Source of the DNA: an uncultured Candidatus Saccharibacteria bacterium
GTDB lineage: Bacteria; Patescibacteriota; Minisyncoccia; Phycocordibacterales; UBA9973
NCBI GenBank assembly: GCA_964546355.1
Contig: CAZJJM010000002.1
Location: forward strand, 1 to 37,738
Reading direction: 5' to 3'
DNA: 37,738 nt
The notes under the pieces are model-generated. The model did not search any database. It saw nothing but the letters and a program-made list of their open reading frames with translations, and had not been told where the DNA came from. The position numbers and the translations under genes are program-made. This document shows positions 26,351 to 35,271 of this stretch, one piece after another (positions within the stretch are counted from its first letter, which is position 1; each line of letters begins with the position of its first letter).

Positions 26351-27169
26351 TCAATAAATACGAACATGCTTTCTTTCTTCCACCAAAATCCCCTCTTTTT
26401 TTAGATCACCCAAGGCGCGTTCTGTTCTTTCTATTTCAAAAGGTAATTGTGTGTATAATTTTACCAAAGACATGCGTGGATTTTTTGTAAGTATTTTTAG
26501 GATAGCCCCGCGTACTTCACGTAAAGAACCTTTGAATGCCTTTTGTTTAGCGTATGACCCACTCTTACGATGTGTTTTAACTCCTTGTGATTTTAAATAT
26601 GCACCATAATCCATCAGTGCCCAATACCACTCACGTGGATTTTGTATATCACAGGTTTTTTGTATCACAGAAAGCAATTCTTGATCAGAAACTTTTTCTT
26701 CTCTGTCGGCGAAGAAATGATGAATATAGACCGTTCGAATATTGGTCTCAATACACACAGACGGTGTATTCCACGCAAAAGACATAATAGCCCCAGCCGT
26801 ATATGACCCTATCCCCGGAAGTGTCTGGAGTGTTTCCATACTCCGTGGAATCTTTTTTCCATATTCATACACAATCTTTTCAGCAGCACGTTTGAGAAAC
26901 AGTGCGCGTCTATTATATCCAAGACCAGACCAGAGAGACAGCACATCTGCATTAGAAGCTGTTGCGAGTTTTACAATAGTAGGAAATCTTTTTAAAAATG
27001 CCTGATATTTAGGTATCACACGATCCACTTGTGTTTGTTGTAGCATATACTCAGAGACAAGTATCTTGTATGCGGAAAGTTCAGTACCATCAGTAAGTCG
27101 CCACGGCAATACTCTGCCGTGTTTTTTATAATATTCCCAAACGGTTTTTTGAAATTGCTTCGGCGTCAT
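26351..27169 (-). CDS. HhH-GPD DNA glycosylase, MutY-like, lacking the Fe-S cluster loop
   Basis: The motifs LVSEYMLQQTQV and LPGIGSYTAGAIMSFAWN (HhH-GPD) are MutY/EndoIII-like. Only 2 Cys occur in the whole protein, so there is no CX6CX2CX5C cluster. The C-terminus looks like a winged helix rather than a NUDIX-like domain. Confidence 0.75.
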   Translation of the reverse strand: MTPKQFQKTVWEYYKKHGRVLPWRLTDGTELSAYKILVSEYMLQQTQVDRVIPKYQAFLKRFPTIVKLATASNADVLSLWSGLGYNRRALFLKRAAEKIVYEYGKKIPRSMETLQTLPGIGSYTAGAIMSFAWNTPSVCIETNIRTVYIHHFFADREEKVSDQELLSVIQKTCDIQNPREWYWALMDYGAYLKSQGVKTHRKSGSYAKQKAFKGSLREVRGAILKILTKNPRMSLVKLYTQLPFEIERTERALGDLKKEGILVEERKHVRIY

Positions 27170-27182
27170 CGAGGATATCGTA

Positions 27183-27434
27183 TCATATTTTACCCTCTTT
27201 GATGAGTACGAGTTTCTGATCGCGCGTTAGCTTTTTCAGGACTGCTTCTCTTTTGAGTGCCTCTCCTTTTGTAGGAACCTCTTCTGTATAGACAAGGTGT
27301 ACTGGTCTGCGAGAACGAGTGTACTTTGCTGCTCGTGCGCTCGTATTATGATCAAGTACACGCTTTGGTACATCATTGGTCGTTCCAGTATATATTGTCT
27401 CGTCACTACACAAAAGCATATAGATGAAATACAT
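27183..27434 (-). CDS. GIY-YIG domain protein (UPF0213/YhbQ-like)
   Basis: 83 aa. The sequence MYFIYMLLCSDETIYTGTTNDVPKRVLDHN.....ALKREAVLKK matches the GIY..YxG..R..H..E pattern. Confidence 0.8.
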   Translation of the reverse strand: MYFIYMLLCSDETIYTGTTNDVPKRVLDHNTSARAAKYTRSRRPVHLVYTEEVPTKGEALKREAVLKKLTRDQKLVLIKEGKI

Positions 27435-27436
27435 AC

Positions 27437-27465
27437 AAAAAGGATAGCATATTGCTATCCTTTTT
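27437..27465. terminator. Bidirectional-type terminator hairpin
   Basis: AAAAAGGATAGCA-tat-TGCTATCCTTTTT. Confidence 0.65.
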
Positions 27466-27486
27466 GTATGAGATATGTATTAGAGA

Positions 27487-28008
27487 TTATTTAACAGTTT
27501 CTGAAAGTTTTATCATTTTAGCGACTGTTGCATTTTCAGCATTTTTCTCTCCAACAACTGAAATGTATTGACCTGCTTTTAGTCCAGAAAGTCCGACTTC
27601 ACCAACACCTGAAAGAATTACTGTATCAGCCTGTGAGAGAATAGTTTGTTCCTCTGATGCATTGTTGCTAATAGTGATTGTATTCCCTACTACTTTTGTA
27701 ATAACACCAAATGCACGGGTATACTGCATGGCACCTTTTTTACCCATCATTCCTCCACGCATCATATCTCGATCTTGAGACATGATACCAGTATGCATAC
27801 TAGTACAACCACCACATTTATGAGAATATCCGCCACGCATCATTCCCTTGAATTCACCCATTTTTACGCCAACGCAAAATACAATTGCGAGAATGATAAA
27901 ACGAATAAGCCACTTAACAATACGACCTCTTCCTGTATGACAACCACCTTTACACCCTACCCAGCCCATACCACATGTACATGTTTGATTTTTGTTTTCT
28001 GATTCCAT
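27487..28008 (-). CDS. Cys/Met/Gly-rich single-pass membrane protein with a beta-rich C-terminal domain
   Basis: 173 aa. The N-terminus is CTCGMGWVGCKGGCHTG, followed by a TM helix (LIRFIILAIVFCVGV). Next comes MMRGGYSHKCGGCTSMHTGIMSQDRDMMRGGMMGKKGAM, and then ..VITKVVGNTITISN... Confidence 0.65.
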   Translation of the reverse strand: MESENKNQTCTCGMGWVGCKGGCHTGRGRIVKWLIRFIILAIVFCVGVKMGEFKGMMRGGYSHKCGGCTSMHTGIMSQDRDMMRGGMMGKKGAMQYTRAFGVITKVVGNTITISNNASEEQTILSQADTVILSGVGEVGLSGLKAGQYISVVGEKNAENATVAKMIKLSETVK

Positions 28009-28071
28009 ATATATTTGAAATTACTGATAATACGCAATCTGCGTTAACAGAGCTATTATAGCATATTAAAT

Positions 28072-28596
28072 TTATACAAGCTTTTTTGGTGAAAGTGTAT
28101 TAAATTCTTCTATACTATAAATACCTATCCCTGAATGAATATTTTCACTTTCAGTACTTTGAGTGAAAATTGTAACGTGAGGAAAAGGAACAGTAAAAGA
28201 ACACTCAAACAATGACTCGAGTTCCCCGTAGAATGGTTTTAAGTCTGGAAGATCAACAAGAGCAATAATTGATTGTCGAACTTCTCCAGAACCATAAGTC
28301 TTAGTAAGATAAAAATTTTCAGGTAAAATCGTATACTGCCATGTAAACGAGTTTGCGATAATCTGTATTTTTTTACTAACATCCCTTATTTCTTCTTCGT
28401 TTTTCTGAGAAAAGATTTCTTGAATCTTTTTCCCTATCGCATACCCAATGATTGTAATATGGAATTCAGTCTTAGGAATAAGCTGATAGTGTATTGCGTA
28501 CTTTTTAATGTTCTGCATACTTTCTGTTGAAACAGTAGCATGCAAAAGAAGGGTCATTTTTTCTTGATTATATATTAGTTTTTGATCTATCTGCAT
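28072..28596 (-). CDS. 2H phosphoesterase superfamily protein (LigT/2',3'-cyclic phosphodiesterase-like)
   Basis: Two HxT motifs lie in hydrophobic context at the expected spacing: FHITIIG and PHVTIFT, about 95 aa apart. Confidence 0.5.
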   Translation of the reverse strand: MQIDQKLIYNQEKMTLLLHATVSTESMQNIKKYAIHYQLIPKTEFHITIIGYAIGKKIQEIFSQKNEEEIRDVSKKIQIIANSFTWQYTILPENFYLTKTYGSGEVRQSIIALVDLPDLKPFYGELESLFECSFTVPFPHVTIFTQSTESENIHSGIGIYSIEEFNTLSPKKLV

Positions 28597-28634
28597 ATAT
28601 GAAATATACCACGAATATATGGTATAGTAGAGCC

Positions 28635-29267
28635 ATGAAAAAACTTATATTTTTTGACCTTGATGGAACACTGACCGAGAAAAATACTTGGTACGATTTT
28701 AATCTATATTTCGGAATGTCAGAATCAGAAGACAAAACTTTGTTTGATTGGTATGTTCGTGGAATTATTACGTACGAAGAATGGGATCATATCATCGTAA
28801 ACGTACTAAAAGAAAAAGGATTGTGTACTGAAACAAAAGTACAAGAATTTGTACAAACACTTTCTCCTCGCCCAGAATCATTGGATTTGATTAAAAAATG
28901 TAAAGAATTAGGATATACCACAATCATCCTTTCTGGAACAATGTATCAACTTGCTGAACATTTCAAATCACTTCTTGGTACTGATCTTGTATACACAACT
29001 TCTCGTATTATTTTTGATACTGATGGAAAACTAGAACGTATTGATAATGACAAAGATGAAGCACCTGCAAAACTTCGCATATTTGAAAAAGTTTGTGCGG
29101 AATATGGTGTTGATCCTGAAGAAACTCTGTGTGTCGGTGATAGTGGTAATGATGTAGATATGTTTAAAAAATCTAAAAAAGCTATTCTTCTTGGTCAATA
29201 TGAAAAACTTAAACCACACGCGTGGAAACAAATTGATTCTTTAGACGAAGTAATTACTTTCCTCTAA
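28635..29267 (+). CDS. HAD-superfamily hydrolase (SerB/PSPase-like subfamily IB)
   Basis: Motif I is FFDLDGTLT, motif III is the K in ..APAKL.., and motif IV is GDSGNDVDMF. The start at MKKLIFFDLDG (28635) is preferred over 28599. Confidence 0.8.
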   Translation: MKKLIFFDLDGTLTEKNTWYDFNLYFGMSESEDKTLFDWYVRGIITYEEWDHIIVNVLKEKGLCTETKVQEFVQTLSPRPESLDLIKKCKELGYTTIILSGTMYQLAEHFKSLLGTDLVYTTSRIIFDTDGKLERIDNDKDEAPAKLRIFEKVCAEYGVDPEETLCVGDSGNDVDMFKKSKKAILLGQYEKLKPHAWKQIDSLDEVITFL

Positions 29268-29278
29268 GTTGCATATAA

Positions 29279-29310
29279 AAAATCCTCAAGCGATCAAGCT
29301 TGAGGATTTT
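29279..29310. terminator. Bidirectional terminator between the HAD gene and purA
   Basis: AAAATCCTCAAGC-gatcaa-GCTTGAGGATTTT is a 13-bp perfect stem. Confidence 0.7.
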
Positions 29311-29332
29311 GGTAAATCAGAAAAAAATCTTG

Positions 29333-30640
29333 TTACACCAATGCTTTATCAAACATCAGAATATTTTCCCTGGCAGGACCTGTTCCAATACCCGCAATTT
29401 GAATATCTGGAAAATTTTTTCTTATTGTATCAAGAAAAACTTCTAAACCTTTCGGAATAGCAGAACGATCACTTGGATCAAATTTCCAACCCGGCATTTT
29501 TTCATACACAACGGATTCGATATGTTCCAAGCTCATTGGCACTTCTGTAACAGTTTGACCATTTTTCAAAACGTACCCAACCGCAATTTGTATTTCATCA
29601 ACCGGACATATGTCAGTTTTAGTGACATATATTTTATTCGGATGTGTCATTTTAATTGCATGTTGCATCATAGGAAAATCTGGCCACGCACAAGTACGAG
29701 GACGTCCTGTTGTTGATCCAAATTCGTTTCCTGCCTTTCGAAATACTTCATTATCTTCAGGTAGCATTGTTGAAGGAGGATTAACTCCCCCAACACGTGT
29801 ACCATACCATTTTGTCACTGCAATAACGTCACGAACTGCATGGATTGGTAATCCAGCATACCCGAGAAGCATTTGTGGTGTCGTGTGTGAAGATGTATTG
29901 TACGGGTAACATCCGTGTCGAGTATCAAGCAATGCAGCCTGAGCACCTTCAATCAGAATATTTTTACCACTTGAAAGCAATTGATTTGCCAACTTTACAG
30001 TGTCAACAATACTGATTTTTTGAATTAATACTTCAAGTTGTTGCATCCATTTCCCTTCTGTGTTTTTAAGCTCAGTTGTCGATATATCTGGATATAACTT
30101 TTCCAATATCTCTATTTGAGTATTTCTATACTCATTATATTTAACAACCATTGCTCTTGCAGAAAGACCAGCAAAATCACCTATTCGTAGCCCTATATGC
30201 AAAGCATCGTCAGCATATGTAAATGATATGCCTTTTTTGGTTGAACCGAGTTTGCCGGCAAGCTCTTCTCTGTAACAATCTTTCAACACCTGTATTGGTG
30301 TTATTATTGTTGCTTGATGAGAAACATATAACTGTTTACGAAGATTAGGATTTACTTTTTCCAAATCACCAAGTTCTTCCAAAAAACTCACGGGATTAAT
30401 TGCCATTCCACTGCCACAAATAAGCATCTTGTCTTCATGAGCAAATCCACATGGTATATGGTGTGCAACATATGTCTTACCTTCTATTTCTACACTATGC
30501 CCAGCATTAGGACCAGCATTAGGACGTAAGACAGCATTATAATCAGGAGTAAGAGTATCTACAATCTTACCTTTTCCTTCGTCACCCCACAGGAGTCCAA
30601 AGAGGATGTCAGTGTATCCGGTATTTTTATTTTGCTTCAT
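29333..30640 (-). CDS. purA: Adenylosuccinate synthetase
   Basis: 435 aa with the P-loop-like motif GLLWGDEGKGKIVD and further motifs ..GPNAGH.. and ..TTKKGI../..GTTGRPR... Confidence 0.92.
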   Translation of the reverse strand: MKQNKNTGYTDILFGLLWGDEGKGKIVDTLTPDYNAVLRPNAGPNAGHSVEIEGKTYVAHHIPCGFAHEDKMLICGSGMAINPVSFLEELGDLEKVNPNLRKQLYVSHQATIITPIQVLKDCYREELAGKLGSTKKGISFTYADDALHIGLRIGDFAGLSARAMVVKYNEYRNTQIEILEKLYPDISTTELKNTEGKWMQQLEVLIQKISIVDTVKLANQLLSSGKNILIEGAQAALLDTRHGCYPYNTSSHTTPQMLLGYAGLPIHAVRDVIAVTKWYGTRVGGVNPPSTMLPEDNEVFRKAGNEFGSTTGRPRTCAWPDFPMMQHAIKMTHPNKIYVTKTDICPVDEIQIAVGYVLKNGQTVTEVPMSLEHIESVVYEKMPGWKFDPSDRSAIPKGLEVFLDTIRKNFPDIQIAGIGTGPARENILMFDKALV

Positions 30641-30704
30641 TTTTTCTATTTTTAAAAGTGTATTTTCTGGGGCTTATTGTATATTTTTTTCACAATATGT
30701 CAAT

Positions 30705-30737
30705 AAAAAATACCCTACATTTTGTAGGGTATTTTTT
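30705..30737. terminator. Terminator hairpin downstream of the zinc-ribbon gene
   Basis: AAAAAATACCCTACA-ttt-TGTAGGGTATTTTTT. Confidence 0.7.
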
Positions 30738-30742
30738 ATTAT

Positions 30743-31345
30743 TTACTTCTTCTTTGTTGCTACTTTTTTCTTTGCAACAACCTTCTTTTCTGCTTTTTTA
30801 GGAGCTACTTTTGAAACAGTCTTTTGAGCAGGAGTTTTTTGTACTGCTTTTTTGACCATTGATCCGAGAGATGCTGTTTTTTTCACTTCAGTAAATGTAT
30901 CTTCTTTTACCATTTCTTTCTTTGCAACAGAAACAGGATTTGTTTTTATTATTTCTAATACACTATCGAGTTTTTTGTGTAGTGCATCGATTTGCATTTT
31001 GAGATCATCGATTCGACGATCTGGTCGAGATTCTGACTTTTCAGCACTGAATGTGTTGTGAGAAACGACAACATCACGTCGAGAATCAAAACGTCTTTCA
31101 CCACCTTGAGGTTGGTTGCCACCACGCTTATCGCCAAAACAGTTACTACAGAGTACCGGCTTGTCACCACTTGGGCGAAACGGTACCTCACATCCTTTTC
31201 CACAATCAGTACATGTTGCTTTGTGCATCATTGGTGGACGATCATTACTTCTATCAAATTTCTTGAATCCTGGCTTTCCACCAAAACTTGGACGACCTCC
31301 GTCTCTACGATTAAATCCCCCATCAAACTTTTTAAAATCTTTCAT
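30743..31345 (-). CDS. CxxC-x17-CxxC zinc-ribbon protein with Arg/Gly-rich flanks and a lysine-rich histone-H1-like tail
   Basis: The core is CTDCGKGCEVPFRPSGDKPVLCSNCF. The flanks are RGG-like (FNRRDGGRPSFGGKPGFKKFDR and GDKRGGNQPQGGERRFDSRRD). The C-terminus is KVAPKKAEKKVVAKKKVATKKK. The start at MKDFKKF (31345) avoids overlap with the upstream gene. Confidence 0.75.
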   Translation of the reverse strand: MKDFKKFDGGFNRRDGGRPSFGGKPGFKKFDRSNDRPPMMHKATCTDCGKGCEVPFRPSGDKPVLCSNCFGDKRGGNQPQGGERRFDSRRDVVVSHNTFSAEKSESRPDRRIDDLKMQIDALHKKLDSVLEIIKTNPVSVAKKEMVKEDTFTEVKKTASLGSMVKKAVQKTPAQKTVSKVAPKKAEKKVVAKKKVATKKK

Positions 31346-31386
31346 GGGAACAGTATACCTTTTTATGAAATAAAAAGCAAAGGTGG

Positions 31387-32634
31387 TCAAGAGTCAGACC
31401 CTGCGACAAATCCTGTCGTCCAACACAACTGCAATGAATACCCTCCTGAAGGTCTCGTCACATGTAACAAATCTCCTGTAACAAAAAGATTATCACACAA
31501 CTTAGATTGCATCGTTTTCATATCTATTTCTTCAAGAATAATCCCGCCATCAGCAATTACCGCCTTATCGAAACCAAGCAGTTCTGTAATATGCACAGGG
31601 AGTGCTTTTACTGTATCAATGAGCATTCTTCGTTCTTCTTTTGTAATACTGTGTACCTTTTTATCAAAATCAAGATGCGGCAAAAGTGCAACGATTCCCA
31701 GCACCATACCAAGAGGCAGTATATCTTTTAAAGTATTTTTCAGTGTTTTATTTTTATGTAATTCAAAATGCGTAACAATATCTGTATCGAGTGTTCCGAT
31801 ATCCTTATCTGGATAGATATCAATCATTGCAGTCACCTGCCCTGATTGCAACAAATCCCACACAGCACCAGATAGATTTAAAATGAGTGGACCAGAAAGT
31901 CCAAAGTGGGTAAACAGCAATCCTCCTCGTTTGTGAAATTGTTTCTTTCCTTCAAGGAAAAAAGTTATCTTCATATCAGCAAGTGATACACCTGAAAGCA
32001 TGTGGCTCCATGAATCACTTGTCCCAAGAGGAACAATAGTTGGTGTTGGTTCTTTCACTGTGTGACCAAGTGTTCGCAACCATGAAAAACCGTCACCAGT
32101 AGATCCTGTTTCTGGATGAGATACACCACCTGTTGCGATAATATATTTTTTTGCTGTATATGTTCGAGTGCTTGTTTGTATTCCTGTGATGGTATTTTTC
32201 TCAGAAAGAATTTTTTTCACCGTAACACCTGTCTCTATAGTGACGTTATTTTTCTTCATGTATTCATGCAACACGCGGACAACATCACTTGCCTTTTCTG
32301 TTTGAGGAAATACTCGATCGTGCGCTTGTGTGACAAGTGGCAATCCCAGTGAGGTAAAAAAAGTAAATGTATCTTCTACACCAAACTGTGAAAATGGAGA
32401 AAAGAGAAAATCTTTTGCCTGACCATATCGTTCGAGTAATACATGGATATCATATGTTGCATTGGTGATATTACAACGACCACCACCAGAAATACTCAAT
32501 TTATGCCCAAGCATGGTGTTTTTCTCCAAAAGAAGCACTCGTTTACCGAGAGATCCTGCTCGACCAGCCGCTGTCATACCAGACGCGCCTCCGCCGATCA
32601 CAATCACATCATATTCTTGAGTACTCATATTCAT
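31387..32634 (-). CDS. FAD-dependent oxidoreductase, HI0933/BaiN family
   Basis: The N-terminal sequence YDVIVIGGGASGMTAAGRAGSLGKRVLLLEKN...SGGGRCNITN is typical of this family. Confidence 0.85.
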   Translation of the reverse strand: MNMSTQEYDVIVIGGGASGMTAAGRAGSLGKRVLLLEKNTMLGHKLSISGGGRCNITNATYDIHVLLERYGQAKDFLFSPFSQFGVEDTFTFFTSLGLPLVTQAHDRVFPQTEKASDVVRVLHEYMKKNNVTIETGVTVKKILSEKNTITGIQTSTRTYTAKKYIIATGGVSHPETGSTGDGFSWLRTLGHTVKEPTPTIVPLGTSDSWSHMLSGVSLADMKITFFLEGKKQFHKRGGLLFTHFGLSGPLILNLSGAVWDLLQSGQVTAMIDIYPDKDIGTLDTDIVTHFELHKNKTLKNTLKDILPLGMVLGIVALLPHLDFDKKVHSITKEERRMLIDTVKALPVHITELLGFDKAVIADGGIILEEIDMKTMQSKLCDNLFVTGDLLHVTRPSGGYSLQLCWTTGFVAGSDS

Positions 32635-32678
32635 GTATATACTCTAGCATTTTACTGCATTCTTTACACACCCCCATA

Positions 32679-35264
32679 TTACTTCTTTCTAAAAAAGTAT
32701 TTTGTACCCTCAACAAGAAGAACATTCGCCACGAGCCATACCGCAATGAACCAAAACCACACGAGTGGAATAGTGTTGAGATCGAACAATGATCTCAACT
32801 GAGGAATACTCATAGTTGCGACAAGGAAAACGATAGCGACCAAGATTCCTTGGTTTAATTTTTTATTTGAAAAAATAGGATAAGAAAAAAGTGGTTTATT
32901 CAAACTTCTAAAAGAATATGAGATAACGAGAATATATGATGCAAAACATACAAAGAAAATAGATCGAGCAGTCTGCACATCAACACCGAACTTAATCAAT
33001 CCATAATACGTAAAGAACAAGAGCAATGAAGACATCACCCCGATACCAAACGTCAATATATTTACTTCTCGAGTAAAGATAGATTTAAGTGTGCGGTGTT
33101 TGTACATTTGATGATCAAAGTCATCATCGTATGCAAAAGCGAGCGCTGGTAGACTTCCCGTAAATAAATTCACCCAGATAATCTGTAGTGCCGTAAGTGG
33201 CATAGCAATGCCGACAATCAGACTTCCTCCGACCACAAACACTTCATCCAGAGAATTCGACATCAGGTATACAAATGTTTTTCTTATATTCACCAAGATT
33301 CTTCTTCCTTCTTGTATTGCCATACTGATAACTTCAAAATTATCATCAAGAAGCACCAGTCCCGCAACACTCTTTGCAACGTCACTTCCCGAACCAAGAG
33401 CAACACCAATATCCATTGCTTTGAGTGCAGGCGCATCATTGACCCCGTCACCAGTCATCGCAACAACCTCTCCAAGTTCTCTGTAGAGTAATCCGATACG
33501 CAACTTATCTTCTGGTGTCACACGAGCAAATATTTTTTTATGTGGAATAAGAGCAAGTAATTCTGTATCTGTGAGAGACTGTATGTCATGCCCAGTAATT
33601 ACCTGATCTTCAGTTATCTCCCAACCAATTTCACGACCAACGGCAATCGCAGTTCCCTTCAAATCACCAGTGATCATGACCACACGAACTCCAAGTGATT
33701 CAATCTTTTTAATTGCATCAGGAACATTTGCTCGTACAGGATCATGAAATGCGAGTATTCCCTTAAATGCAATATCTTTGATATCTGACACCGACGGTGT
33801 ATCAGATACTGATTTTGCGGTACCTATGGCTATTAATCGCTTCCCTTCATTACTTGCTTCAGTAATCCATGTTTCTAATCGTAAAAATGTATCTTTATCC
33901 ATATGAGCACGAGCAAGCAATATATCTGGAGCACCAACAACAACGAGATGATTCTTTTGTCTTGATACAGAAAACTTATGCGTCGAACTAAAAGGAATAA
34001 CAAGTGAAGTGTTGTTATGTTGTATTCCAGTAATATCAATTCCTTTTTCTCGTGCTGTTTTTACAATATGTACTTCAAACGGTTTACCTTTGAATGTCCA
34101 TTCAGATATAGGATCATGAGGATTTTCAATCAACACATCTACGTTATGGAGTGCGAGTGTCAGAATCGCACTATCATCTGACGTATACTGATTTCCATTT
34201 TCTGTGTCTTCATTCAATTCTTTGACCGTATAGACACCAACCAATTTCATATTTGCCTCAGTGAGTGTACCTGTTTTATCAGTCATAATAAGACTGGTTG
34301 AACCGAGCGTTTCAGCCGCAATCAATGTCCGGGTGACACCTTGTTTCTTTGCTATTCGTTCTGCACCAATAGACAAAATAACCGTTAGAGCAATCGGTAA
34401 TGCCTCAGGAACAGCACCTACCGCAACCGCAACAGACAGAATAAGCATATCGAACAATGGTTCTCCTCTATAAATACCGAGAATGAAAATCCCCACAACA
34501 ATAACGAGCACTATTGCAAAAATAATCCAAGAGATTTTTTCTAGTCCTTTTTGTATTGGTGTTTTTGCTTGTTTTGTACCAGAAACCAATCCTGCAATTT
34601 TACCAATCTCAGTATTAATACCTGTTGCGACAACGACAGCTGTGGCAAATCCATCCACGACAAGCGTCCCCGCATGAAGCATGTTTGTACGTTCAGCAAC
34701 AGTTGCAGATACCGACACAGTAGTTACGTTCTTTTGTATTGGTTTTGATTCACCGGTAAGAATTGCTTCATCAACATAGATATTGTTCGTACTCAAAATT
34801 CTCGCATCCGCAGGAACACGACTACCATACGAAACTTTTATAATATCACCAGGGAATAATTCTTCTGAATCTACTTCGTGCTCAACACCATCACGAATAA
34901 CCCGAGCGCGGTCTTTTATAAATCCACTCAATTTCTCGAGGGTGTTTTCTGCGTGGTATTCTCGAAAAAATCCCAATCCTGCATTGACCAACACCGCAGT
35001 CATTACCACGATGACCTCTATCCACTCTTTGAGTAAAAATGTGACCACTGCAGCACCAAGAAGAATGAAGATGAGCGGACTTGCTAATTGCTTAAAGAAA
35101 ATAGCTACACCACTTTTTTTAGCATATTTTTGTAGAACATTCGTACCGTAAAGAGACCTTCTTTGTTCTATGTCTTTTTCAGATAACCCGTGTGATTGTG
35201 TTGTAAGTGCTGTGAAAATATCTTCCACTTTTACAGACCAAGGTTTTTGTTGTAATGGTTCCAT
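32679..35264 (-). CDS. P-type cation-transporting ATPase, P2 (Ca2+/Mg2+-like) type
   Basis: 861 aa. Features seen: DKTGTLT, TGDGVNDAPALK, TM4 ..AVPEALP.., and an N-terminal Cation_ATPase_N-like segment. There is no CPC/heavy-metal motif. Confidence 0.92.
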   Translation of the reverse strand: MEPLQQKPWSVKVEDIFTALTTQSHGLSEKDIEQRRSLYGTNVLQKYAKKSGVAIFFKQLASPLIFILLGAAVVTFLLKEWIEVIVVMTAVLVNAGLGFFREYHAENTLEKLSGFIKDRARVIRDGVEHEVDSEELFPGDIIKVSYGSRVPADARILSTNNIYVDEAILTGESKPIQKNVTTVSVSATVAERTNMLHAGTLVVDGFATAVVVATGINTEIGKIAGLVSGTKQAKTPIQKGLEKISWIIFAIVLVIVVGIFILGIYRGEPLFDMLILSVAVAVGAVPEALPIALTVILSIGAERIAKKQGVTRTLIAAETLGSTSLIMTDKTGTLTEANMKLVGVYTVKELNEDTENGNQYTSDDSAILTLALHNVDVLIENPHDPISEWTFKGKPFEVHIVKTAREKGIDITGIQHNNTSLVIPFSSTHKFSVSRQKNHLVVVGAPDILLARAHMDKDTFLRLETWITEASNEGKRLIAIGTAKSVSDTPSVSDIKDIAFKGILAFHDPVRANVPDAIKKIESLGVRVVMITGDLKGTAIAVGREIGWEITEDQVITGHDIQSLTDTELLALIPHKKIFARVTPEDKLRIGLLYRELGEVVAMTGDGVNDAPALKAMDIGVALGSGSDVAKSVAGLVLLDDNFEVISMAIQEGRRILVNIRKTFVYLMSNSLDEVFVVGGSLIVGIAMPLTALQIIWVNLFTGSLPALAFAYDDDFDHQMYKHRTLKSIFTREVNILTFGIGVMSSLLLFFTYYGLIKFGVDVQTARSIFFVCFASYILVISYSFRSLNKPLFSYPIFSNKKLNQGILVAIVFLVATMSIPQLRSLFDLNTIPLVWFWFIAVWLVANVLLVEGTKYFFRKK

Positions 35265-35271
35265 TACAGAG

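Noticed and set aside
31058-31816. Long antisense ORFs: 31058..31816(+) 252 aa, 22105..22653(-) 182 aa, 3287..3808(+) 173 aa, 20063..20467(-) 134 aa, 9519..9920(+) 133 aa and 36114..36590(+) 158 aa
   Set aside because: Each lies entirely opposite a confidently identified gene (the zinc-ribbon gene and oxidoreductase, rnj, gatA, the SBP, a pseudopilin, a membrane protein). Their composition is skewed, Cys/Ser/Ile-rich or low-complexity, with no motifs.
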